From positions 27,032,001 through 27,096,000 of the forward strand of contig OZ024764.1 in the NCBI GenBank assembly GCA_964016885.1: a stretch of 64,000 nt of DNA, given 5' to 3'. The translations under genes were made by a program, and so were the position numbers. The DNA is from Eledone cirrhosa (taxonomy: Eukaryota). The notes beneath the pieces are model-generated. The model made no database searches. It saw nothing but the letters and a program-made list of their open reading frames with translations, and had not been told where the DNA came from. Positions within the stretch are counted from its first letter, which is position 1, and each line of letters begins with the position of its first letter. Positions 1 through 9,917 of this stretch are shown piece after piece.

Positions 1-558
1 ATTCGAACTCACTATGTCTGGCATATATTTTATATTTTATATTTGAATGAAGTTCTGTAAGTAACCTGGTGGCTTAGATGGCAATACTGCTCGAATAGAT
101 GGCTTCTAGTTCATTCCCTATCCAGGATTGTAGAATTAATTTTATTTAGTTATTATTTAATCAATTGTTTTAACAAACAAATTATATCTATAAAACGCCA
201 AATATAGTGAGTTCAAATCTGACTGACATGCATGGTATATATTTATGTTTCATTATACAGCGACACAATACACAGGAACTTATAAAGATATGTATATATT
301 GTCCAGGAGTTTCGAGTTTAGTGGGAATTGGTACAACTCTCAGTTGGAGCTAGTCCCTGCAAGATCAGCATAAATAATGTTATACCTTTTCATGAAATCT
401 TGCACACCCGATATTTTATACATGATTATTTAAAGGTGAACAAAAACCAAAGAACATTGTGCAGCATTCTCAACCTTTCTACCCATGTCGATCTCTTGAA
501 ATAGTTTTTATGTCTCAGGGAAGCCCTGCATAAAATATACTTTTTCTATCTCTAGAGC

Positions 559-605
559 AGTGGTTCCCAAATCGTGTGCTGAGAGATGAAACAAGATGAG
601 CTGCA
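559..605 (+). mobile_element. hAT-like terminal fragment
   Basis: Begins cagtggttcccaaa, a typical hAT/Charlie-type terminal inverted repeat start. No partner end was found. Confidence 0.45.
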
Positions 606-674
606 AAAGACTAAGATTAAGTTTTATGATGTGAAAAATATAAAACTGAAATTTCATATAAAAGTTCAAATATA

Positions 675-905
675 GCTACAGCCACAAACCTAGGCTCCAC
701 ACCCCGCAATGCAGAGGATAGTAAGATAGTACCAAGGCCTGACTCACCTCTTCCACTCCATTGAGACCTCTGCCATACTTGGTCCCTGTACTGCTGATTT
801 CCTCCATAAAGTCGGGAGGAAAGACGACAGGAGCTTCATGAGGAGGGGCGACTATTGTAGCAGGTGTCTCTGGCCTTGCTCTGAGGTAACGCTTTTACGT
901 TTCTT
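675..905 (+). pseudogene. CRE-like non-LTR retrotransposon C-terminal fragment (copies near 12711, 32027, 34611, 46677, 49306)
   Basis: Frameshifted manual translation ATNLGS..RNAEDSK..YQGL..F.SIETSAILGPCTADFLHKVG...QVSLALL(R)GNA resembles the AE..K..KY / ET.G..G / QRLS.A.QRGNA end of CRE-clade restriction-like endonuclease ORFs. Confidence 0.65.
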
Positions 906-1145
906 CCACAGGTTGCGGCTGAGGGACCACTTAGACTGGGGTGAAGTGTCTGTCCCTCCCCCGACTTCTTACTTCTTTTTTTTTCTCATTTTCATTTTCT
1001 TTTCTCTTCTTGCTTATCTCTGCTATACCACGGCATCAAAAACATATATGATATATGTATGTATGGTATAGGTGTATTTATATTTAGGATAGTTATCAAA
1101 GGTAAATAGACTGGTTGGAGCAATAACAGTCTTGTTTATGTATGT

Positions 1146-1179
<34 letters not shown>

Positions 1180-1767
1180 GTTTGTTCTTGTATTTCCATA
1201 GAAAAGGTAAAGAAAAGAAGAATGCTCTATGTATTGTACAGAGCTATTTAATTACATAATAAACAACAGAATATAATTATTCCATGCAAATAGACTTAGA
1301 ATGGAAAACATTCAGACAGAGAAGAATGGATAATGAGCGTCGTAAGAGAAATTGGCCAACAATTAATATTAATGGAAATGTAGAAGAATTTCATATTAGT
1401 GATATGAATGTTTCGTGTGATCACTGTGGAGCTTTGAAATTTAGAAATGAAAATTGTAACTGTTGTAATAAAGGAAAGGTTGTGTTGCCACCATTGCAAA
1501 TATACCCTGAGAGACTGAGAAATCTCTTTGAAAGAGGCCAGGAAGCAGTTGATTTCACAGAAACATCTGCAATTAAAACTACATTTATTTCACTTCATTT
1601 GGTGTTACCACCCGGCAGAGGCCCGTATAGATTTCATATTCAGGGTCAAACATATCAATACACACCCATCTCTGTAACCTGCAGAAAATACACCACAATA
1701 TGGCCAGTTATATATTATTGATGGGAACGAAGGTGTGTAGCACAGATTGGAAGTACAACCAAATAAT

Positions 1768-1936
1768 TGTTTCTGGCACAAGGCCAGCAATTACTGGTAC
1801 TTTATTCTATCGACCTCATAAGGATGAAAACAAAGTCAACCTTAGAGGGATTTGAACCCAGAACGTAAAGGGCCATAACCCTATGCTGCAAAGCATGGTG
1901 TCTGACGCTCTACCGATACTGCCAATCCACTGCCCT
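1768..1936 (-). mobile_element. tRNA-derived SINE inserted in the Helitron (also near 13799, 23071, 35712, 50357)
   Basis: ctggtactttatt.tatcgacc...aaggatgaaa..caaagtcaacctt...atttgaacccagaacgtaaag, with a B-box-like gggttcaaatc on the minus strand. Flanked by a ~16-bp near-direct repeat, agtac(aac/caa)caaataat. Confidence 0.85.
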
Positions 1937-2577
1937 AGTCCCAACAAATAATGACTGCTCACCACAAAAAATGGCTATGATAAGAGAGGTGTTGCATGAA
2001 TATAATCCATATGTCGAAGTGTACAATACAATGCATGGCATCACAAATGAATATATATATATATACTACTAAAGTGTATGTAAAATTTTAAAATAAATAC
2101 TTAAATTCAATTTGTATAATTACACATACAATATGTTTTGTTGTAAAACCCTAAATAATGATTTAAGAAATGATGTCAATCTCTTTGTACAGAGAAAAAC
2201 AATTTATATATATGCATCGTGTGCGCGTGTATACTCCATTTAAGACAGCGAAAAACCTAGTACCTCCTTCAAAGAATGCCAAATAGTTTATGCCTAAGGT
2301 GTAACACTAATTAAGTTACTGGTATAGATATTTCAGTTGAACCCTGCTTCAAACATGCATATTATTATTATATATTTTCAAACACACTTACATACATTAT
2401 ATTTATACACATAGAAATGTTAAAACTAAAGTATAATGATATAACAACAGTATATAATAGTTTTCTTCACTTTATTGAGATGCAATCGTTTTAAAGAAAA
2501 AACATGACAGTATAAGAAATATTTAATATGATAACATAATATTTCAGGTAGGATGGTGGTTTCTCTTTGAACTAATA

Positions 2578-2745
2578 ATTGTTTCTACTTTAGGCACAAG
2601 GCCAGCAATTAACCAGTACATTACTGGTACTTTATTTTATCGACCCCGTAAGGATGAAAGGCAAAGTTAACCTCGGATCGTAAAGGGACGTAACTATGCT
2701 GGAAAGCATGGCGTCAGACCCTCTACCGATACTGCCAATTCACCA
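2578..2745 (-). mobile_element. Second copy of the same SINE family (also near 36522 and 51209)
   Basis: ggcacaaggccagcaatt...ctggtactttattttatcgacccc.taaggatgaaaggcaaagtt.acctcgg aligns with 1768-1936. Confidence 0.8.
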
Positions 2746-2944
2746 TACAGTATAATTATACAAATATGCATATAGATAGCAATATATATACACTAATATG
2801 TATGTACATATTTATACATATATACATATATATAGGGAGAGAGAGAGACACATGTATGTATATATATATACACATGCGTGTATGTATGTGTTTATGTACA
2901 TTCTTCGGTATATATATATGAGTCACGGTTTATTACACATTGGA

Positions 2945-4272
2945 GACACAGAGAGAAAGAGTTGAAACGAGAGGTGAGAGAGTTGAAACAAGAGAGGAGA
3001 GAGTTGAAACGAGAAAAGAGAGAGAGAGTTGAAACGAGAGGAGAGAGAGAGAGAGTTGTAACGAGAGGAGAGAGAGAGAGAGAGTTGAAACGAGAGGAGA
3101 GAGAGTTGAAACGAGGAGAGAGTTGAAACAAGAGGGTGAGGGGAGAGAGTGATGAAACGAGTCGGAGATAGAGTGTGAAAGAGAGAGAGAGAGGAAGAGA
3201 GAGAGAGAGAGGAAGAGAGAGAGAGAGGAAGAGAGAGAGAGAAAGAGAGAGAGAGAGGAAGAGAGAGAGAGGAAGAGGGAGAGGGGGGATGAAACAAGAG
3301 GGTGAGGGATGAAAGAAGAGGGTGAGGGATGAAACAAGAGAGAGAGGGGAGAGAAAGAGAGAGGGGAGAGAAAGAGAGAGGGGAGAGAATGAGAGAGAGA
3401 GAGAGAGAACGAATTGAAACAAGAGAGAGATGAAACAAGTGAGGGATTAGAGTGTTGAAACAAGAGAGAGAGGAAGAGAGAGAGAGAGCAAGATGGAACG
3501 AGAGAGAGAGAGCGAGATGAAATGAGAGCGAGATGAAACGAGAGAGAGAGAGAGTGAGATGAAATGAGAGAGAGAGAGAGCGAGAGAGAGAGCGAGATGA
3601 AACGAGAGAGAGAGAGAGAGAGAGAGCGAGATGAAATGAGACAGAGAGAGCGAGATGAAACGAGAGAGAGAGAGAGCGAGATGAAATGAGAGAGTGAGTG
3701 CGAGATGAAATGAGAGAGAGTGAGAGCGACATGAAATGAGAGAGAGAGAGCGAGATGAAACGAGAGAGAGAGAGAGCGAGATGAAATGAGAGAGAGTCAG
3801 AGCGAGATGAAATGAGAGAGTGAGAGCGAGATGAAATGAGAGAGAGAGAGCGAGATGAAATGAGAGAGAGAGAGCGAGATGAAATGAGAGAGAGAGGAAA
3901 CGAGACTAGAGAGCGAGATGAAACAGGAGAGAGAGAGCGAGATGAAACAGGAGAGAGAGAGCGAGATGAAACAGGAGAGAGAGAGCGAGATGAAACGAGA
4001 GGGAGAGAGAGATGAAATGAGAGAGCGAGAGAGAGATAGAGGGAGATGAAACGACAGAGAGAGAGACAGATGAAACGAGAGAGAGAAATAGAGATGAAAC
4101 GAGAGAGAGTGATGAAACGAGAGAGAGGAAGAGAGAGATGGAACGAGAGAGAGGAAGAGAGAGATGGAACGAGAGAGAGGAAGACAGAGATGAAATGAGA
4201 GAGAGGAAGACAGAGATGAAACGAGAGAGAGAGAGAGCGAGATGAAACGAGAGAGAGAGAGCGCGAGATGAA
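2945..4272. repeat. GA-rich satellite, (GA)n-GCGAGATGAAA(C/T) monomers of about 20-24 bp
   Basis: Directly visible. The plus strand is nearly all purine. Confidence 0.95.
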
Positions 4273-4274
4273 AC

Positions 4275-4618
4275 TCTGTCATGTAATGTTATGGACATAT
4301 CTGCCCCTGGGGCTAATAATTGTCATGTAATGTTATGGTCATCTCTGCCCCTGTGGTTAATAATTCTGTCATGTAATGTTATGGTCATGTCTGCACCTGT
4401 GGCTAATAAATCTGTCATGTAATGTTATGGTCATCTCTGCCCCTGTGGCTAATAATTCTGTCATGTAATGTTATGGACATCTCTGCCCCTGTGGCTAATA
4501 ATTCTGACATGTAATGTTATGGACATCTCTGCCCCGGTGGCTAATAATTCTGACATGTAATGTTATGGACATCTCTGCCCCTGTGGCTAATAATTCTGAC
4601 ATGTAATGTTATGGACAT
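4275..4618. repeat. 46-bp minisatellite, ~7.5 copies
   Basis: Unit tctgtcatgtaatgttatggacatctctgcccctgtggctaataat. Period 46 (4441 to 4487). Confidence 0.95.
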
Positions 4619-6227
4619 TGCTATCTTGTTTCATCTCAAACAGCAAAGTGCAAGAAGAGAAAATTGTCGTGTACAGAACTGTGAATTAAGATTTAGAAGA
4701 GGATCAGATATGAGCTGCTCTAATTTACCAACTAGTAATGATAGCTGTTGTTTTGTGGGGGATTGAGGGCACACCACCTGTACAAAGAGATATTATCATC
4801 TTTCCTAAAGACCATCCTCCTCAGAAAATACCACATAATGCATGCCACTTGGACCTCATGACCGACCGATAATGGTGAATTTTGGTGGCATAGTGCCATG
4901 GAGAGGAATGTAGGACCTGTGTTTGCAATAGACTGACAATGCAGGAGTATTACATATACTGTATAGCATATAGAGGAGGATTTAGTGCGATATATAGGGC
5001 AGGTAAATTATTTTAGCAGTATTTAGTGGATGCCTATATGAAAGTAGAGGGATGCAGGCTTCAATATTTGAGGAACAATCAAGCCCAATTGTGAGTGGAT
5101 GAGTATAATGGTTTAATGAATTATCTAAACAGATGATAACACTGAGCCTTAAAAAATGAAGACAAGATAAGAAACAGAGAAGACATTGACAGAATCGTGT
5201 CAGCAGAAATACCTGCATTGGAAGATGATCCAGTACTACATGAGCAGGTTTAAAAGTTTATGATCCACAGGCCATGTGGTTCTGGAAACCCTTTTCCCCC
5301 ATTTATACAAAATGGATTTTTCCAAAAGAACTATCCAAAAACCTACAGAAGGGAAACATTATTGAACCTAAATGGATACCCAGAGTACAGGAGGTGCAAG
5401 ACAGGAACTGCAGTGTAAATTGGATGACATTCAGTAGATAACAGGAATGTTATGCCATTTAATGCCTTTTTGCTTAAGAAATATTGTGCACATATTAATG
5501 TTGAAGTTTGCGCTTCTGTAAAAAGTGTCAAGTACCTCTTTAAATATGTTACATGGGGCATGATTGTACATCTATAGAAGTAACGAATAATGCATTACCT
5601 AATGAGGCTCAGAACCAACACAACCATGATGAAATAAGAACCTATCTTTGTTGCAGGTATGTGTCTCAGCCAGAAGCAGTGTCGTGTCTCTCGGAATTTA
5701 AGCTTCATGGTACATCACATACAGTATACAGCCTAGCCACACACCTGGAGAACAAACAGAGTTTACTTTCAAAGAGGCAATGCTCAGGTTGTGGTAGAAA
5801 TGCAGGGACCCTTGCTGCCTGGTTCAAGCTAAATGAACTTGCTTACACCTTCTGGGATGCCGCCTCACTAACTCCAATTATAAGCAGGATCAATAATAAT
5901 GCTTCTATGGAATATTTCAATCCAGAACAGATTATGTAATGGCACAAGATTAGAAGTAGTAGAACTGCATAAACATTTTATCAAAGCTTCTCATATCTAT
6001 GGTCCTTTGATGGGCAGGTGTGTTTTGATCCCAAGACTGAAGTTATCCCCCAGTGGTGCCAACATCCCTTTTACTTTGGAAAGACCCCAGTTTCCATTAA
6101 GACTGTCATATGCCATGACAATCAACAAGAACCATGGTCAAATACATGATAAAGTGGGTCTGTTCCTCCCTGAGCAAGTATTTAACCCTGGACAATTGTA
6201 TGTTGCTTTTTCAAGAGTTCACAGACA

Positions 6228-6569
6228 GATGTAAAAATTAATCCTAGCAAACCCCCACCACTCCTACAACTGTTAGCTGTTAGCCCACCCCCAGCACCAC
6301 CCAACCTCCGTTCTAGTCCCACCGTTAGAACCAATGCTGCTTACCCTGCCTCTTTTACTAGTTCACTCCGTCGCTCGAATTTCAAAGCTGGCCCTCTACA
6401 CTTGGTCGTTGCCAGCTCACCACCTGGTTGTGCTCTCTGTGTCCGCACTAGCCGGTACCTAAACACAATAAAATGTCACCTGTGCTACCAAAACTACCAC
6501 AGGAACTCTGTCGGCATCAGCAAGGCTCAAGCCGAAAGGCTTCAATACTAGACCTGTAATCAGGGCCAC
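6228..6569 (+). pseudogene. Pro-rich linker plus degenerate PHD finger (copies near 15606, 24935, 40237)
   Basis: From 6429: CALC-x11-CHLC-x4-H-x2-S-VGISKAQAERLQY*T-CNQG. This is C4HC3 spacing with 6 of 8 ligands kept and a TAG at 6549 where Trp is usual. Absent from the ORF track because there is no start codon. Confidence 0.7.
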
Positions 6570-6806
6570 TTTACCTCCGACGACCAGCTTTCTACCGAGT
6601 GTGTGTTGATGGAGGGGACATGAGACCAGCAAAGTCCTAGGAGTAGAGACTAGTAAATAATAAACGGTCCTAGCTATGTTAAGAATATATATAAGAAAAA
6701 TGTTCTATACATTTATGAAGACAAGAGAAATAAATATTTACCTCTTTCATGTAGGTAATATAGCGGTGTTATAAAAGTATAATAACTGATGCAGGTAGTT
6801 TGTTTC

Positions 6807-7065
6807 AAACTATAACACATATAACTCTATCAGTGAAGCCCTTTAGTATAGGTCAACTGGGAAACTATAACACATATAACCCTATCAGTGAAGCCCTCTG
6901 GGAAACTATAACACATATAACTCTATCAGTGAAGCCCTTTAGTATAGGTCAACTGGGAAACTATAACACATATAACCCTATCAGTGAAGTCCTTTAGTAT
7001 AGGTCAACTGGGAAATTATAACACATATAACCCTATCAGTGAAGTCCTTTAGTATAGGTCAACTA
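6807..7065. repeat. 55-bp minisatellite, 5 copies
   Basis: Unit aaactataacacatataaccctatcagtgaagtcctttagtataggtcaactggg. One copy is shortened to 41 bp. Confidence 0.95.
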
Positions 7066-7117
7066 ACAGAAGTATTACGGGTATGGAAAAAATTCTAAAT
7101 AAGCCTACAACAGTCAT

Positions 7118-7185
7118 TGCGGGCCACTCTGACTGGTCAGGTGGGCTCGATTGTGGCCCGCGGGCCGCCTGTTGCACGCCCCTCC
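7118..7185 (+). mobile_element. hAT-like 3' terminal fragment
   Basis: gcgggcc...tggcccgcgggccgcctgttgcacgcccct resembles the ggcccgcgggccg..gtt....acccctg ends of hAT MITEs. Confidence 0.55.
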
Positions 7186-7224
7186 TTTAGACAGAATATC
7201 TATCACTGTTAAGTAATACTGTGA

Positions 7225-7425
7225 TCTGTCGGCTAACTACATTTTCCAGCCTGTGGCGTTTGGGGGAGTCGGGATACTGACTGCGAGATTCCTATCTTCA
7301 CTGGCGGCTAGCCTGACGAAGGTGACTGGTGAAGCTCGTGAGGGCACTTGGTTGTTCCAGCTCCTCAGCCTCGCCATCGCCCGAGGTAACGCTGCAGACG
7401 TGCTGGCTTGCCTAAAAAATCATTA
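7225..7425 (+). pseudogene. CRE-like retrotransposon C-terminal fragment (copies near 26085 and 41140)
   Basis: YIFQPVAFGGVGILTARFLSSLAASLTKVTGEAREGTWLFQLLSLAIARGNAADVLACL. Confidence 0.75.
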
Positions 7426-7509
7426 GAGAGGTTTCCCAGTGCTCCTCGCGATACTGTTATCTTTTGCTCTAGTAGCAGCTCGTTTGTCCACCCCTTTCGC
7501 CTGCCTTTG

Positions 7510-7690
7510 GTTGTATGTCGTCCTAGATGTGTGTATTACCTGCTTGTGTGTTGTATGTGGTCCTAGATGTGTGTATTACCTGCTTATGTGGTCCTAGATG
7601 TATGTATTACCTGCTGGTGTGTTGTATGTGGTCCCAGATGTGTGGATTACCTGTTTTTGTGTTGTATGTGGTCCCAAATGTGTGTGCTAC
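7510..7690. repeat. Degenerate ~40-bp minisatellite
   Basis: gttgtatgtggtcctagatgtgtgtattacctgc repeated 4-5 times. Also near 26375 and 41423. Confidence 0.85.
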
Positions 7691-8404
7691 CCGCTTCTGT
7701 GATTTGTTGTTTCTTCTTTCTCTCTTCCGAGAAACAATCCTGTATTTTTTTAATCTATTCCATGCGTTAAGTAATTAGCAGCAACAACAAACTGATTTTC
7801 AGTTGTAAAAAGAATCTTTAAACCTTCACCATTTACATTAACACATACCATACGTTGTCCCAGCCACAAATAAACAGTAAAAAAAACTTACTTTGCGGTT
7901 AAATTCTTCACAATTAAAAGAAAAATATTTCTAACACGTTTCTAGACAACACCAAGTTTACACCTTCAATATCCGGTAAAAGTAAAAACAAATTCTGGAG
8001 ACATTTAACGAAACGAAACTATGTAAAGAAAAACGAAAATTAAACGAAGACAAATAGTAAATTTTAATTTTTATTAAATAAAATACCAGTAATTCACTGC
8101 AGTAGATTTAATCAACTTTACTCTCTCTGCACGAAAGAAGAAAAAAATTCCTGACTTAGTGCTTAATATATAGAGAGGGGGAGAGTTTGGTGTTACTTCA
8201 TATAGAGAGGGGTATTGGAAGAGAGTGCCGTGTAGTAGATATAGAGAGGGAGAGAGTGTGTGCTAATTGATATAAAGAGGGGGATTTGCACCCCCCCCCC
8301 CCGCCTAGAAAAATTCTGAAATGCTTCGACCTCCCTGTACATATATATATATATATAGTATACACACACAGACATATATATAGTAAATAAATGTGTGTGT
8401 GTAT

Positions 8405-8586
8405 CAGTGGTCCCCAAACTTTTCTGTTCCACACGCCTCCTCTAAAATATGTTTATGTTCCCCTTTAATATAAAAACATTCCGAGTATTCTGAAAGTATT
8501 ATTACTGTAATATACAGTAGAAACCCTTTATTTAAACAAAGCTACGATGCAGCGATGATCAAAACAAACTTCTCGTAGGTGCTGCC
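8405..8586 (+). mobile_element. hAT-like MITE 5' fragment, homologous to the outer palindrome arm
   Basis: Starts cagtggtccccaaactt. 8455-8560 is the reverse complement of about 11050-11160. Confidence 0.6.
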
Positions 8587-9049
8587 AAGCGGGGAAAAGT
8601 GGATGTATAATGATGATGATATATATATATATGCCCCACCCTTGCAAACAGGGAAAAGCAGACGTAAAATGAAAATGATGATATATATATAGATAGATAG
8701 ATATGTATATATATATATTTATACTTATACGTCATGGTGGCTACAGGTGCCAAGAGGAAGAAGCCGGTCAAATCCTCTGATATTTGTTTATCTTCCTTTC
8801 CTCTGTATATATATATATAGTATGTGTGTGTGTATGAAGATGTATGACCCCTAGCAAGCCAAACTACAGTTACTCCCCAACATGGAGAGCAAATTAAAAC
8901 ATTACCTGTTAGAGACGAACGTGAAATGATTTGTTAGTGAACTACCGGTGTCACAGTAATTATGTTACCGGTGTAACTATTTCTGTTTACCTTATTTTTA
9001 AATCACACTCCTATATTAGTTTAGTGACCTTTCAATTCAAATAAATTCT

Positions 9050-9470
9050 TGATGATGATTGAACTCGCATCGGAGTAGCCCAACGCCTTGGCCTCCGCGT
9101 GTGTGAGCCACATAAATGCTCTCAACGACATAGTGAGAAGAAGCCTGGACGCAGCTGAATTTCCATCTCAACTGGAGCCAGCAGGCCTAGGCCGCGGAGA
9201 TGGCAAGCACCGCGAGGGAATCACCCTCTTCCCATTCGAAGGAGGTAGATCCACAAACCCCAGCATCGCTGCCCGTCTCGCAGATGAACATAAAATAAAC
9301 AAATTCCGGTGTTTGTCCTGGAGCCTCTTCTAAGCACCAGCCGCCGTCGAGACCCCGGGCCAACTTGGACCCATTACAGCCGAGCTCCTCCGCAACATCG
9401 CAGTGTCTGTGGCCCGTCTGAGGATGGAGTCCCACGAGGTTGGATGCCTGTTGCAGCAGGTGTCACTGTC
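9050..9470 (+). pseudogene. CRE-like restriction-like endonuclease fragment (copies near 21013, 27931, 42965)
   Basis: LRIGVAQRLGL.VC..H / ALNDIVRRSL..AEFPSQLEPAGLGRGDGKH(P)EGITLFPFEGGR / AARLADEHKINK / AVETPGQLGP..QQVSL, matching the EP.GL.R.DGKRPDG motif of the CRE clade. Confidence 0.8.
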
Positions 9471-9589
9471 CTTACATATATATACGTAAATGTTCCCTTG
9501 ACTGCTATTTCTAGCATATATTAATAGACACTTTAGAAACAGCAGCTAAAAATCAAGAAACAACAGTGTGTGTCTGTATATATATACAC

Positions 9590-9655
<66 letters not shown>

Positions 9656-9917
9656 CAGCCAAAGACACGCACACACGCACATACACATACACACAGGTGT
9701 ATGTCTGCGTGTATGTATATATATGTGTGTGTCTTTTCGTTCTCTCTCTCTCTCTCTCTATCTATATATATATATATTTATATCAGTGATCCCCCTCGCA
9801 ACCTTTAATTAAACAAAGCTGCGATGAGGCGATGATCAAAATAAACACCAAAGTATAAACAAACAGCATATAGGTGCAGCCGGATACACGATAACATGTG
9901 TAGACGAAGTAAAACTT

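Larger units (their letters stand above)
1284..6234 (+). mobile_element. Helitron RepHel pseudogene, copy 1 (interrupted by a SINE and a 2.6-kb repeat segment)
   Basis: Motifs in order: CDHCGALKF..E..NCCNKGKVVLP, GPY.F.IQGQTY, YGQLYIID, NLPTSND, QYLVDAYMKVE, IDRIVSAEIP, MIHRPCG, HINVEVCASVKSVKYLFKYV, DEIRTYL..RYVS, LCNGTRL, QFPLRLSYAMTINK..GQ, GQLYVAFSRV. Many stops and frameshifts. Confidence 0.95.

Noticed and set aside
330-540. Possible minus-strand host exon after ttttatgcag (ASLRHKNYFKRSTWVERLRNAAQCSLVFVHL*)
   Set aside because: No recognisable homology or partner exons, and it is frameshifted in U1 and U5.
838-1071. Recurrent 77-aa ORF MRRGDYCSRC as a small multicopy gene
   Set aside because: It is an alternative frame over the CRE fragment plus a T-rich tract. 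Its conservation reflects recent duplication.
3440-3452. gagggattag as a telomeric repeat
   Set aside because: It is not TTAGGG and not tandem.
4435-4452. CTCF-like motif (gccacaggggcag on the minus strand) in the 46-mer
   Set aside because: It is two bases shorter than the CCASYAGRKGGC spacing and cannot be supported without a PWM scan.
4275-4618. 46-, 55- and 89-bp arrays as CRISPR
   Set aside because: The repeats are contiguous with no unique spacers, there are no cas genes, and the context is eukaryotic.
6630-6675. CTAG motifs as the Helitron 3' terminus
   Set aside because: There is no GC-rich hairpin just upstream, so the true termini are not identifiable.
6820-7045. ccctatcagtga resembles the tetO2 operator in tandem (vector contamination?)
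   Set aside because: Only 12 of 19 bases match, the right half-site TAGAGA is missing, and it is embedded in a native VNTR with no vector sequence.
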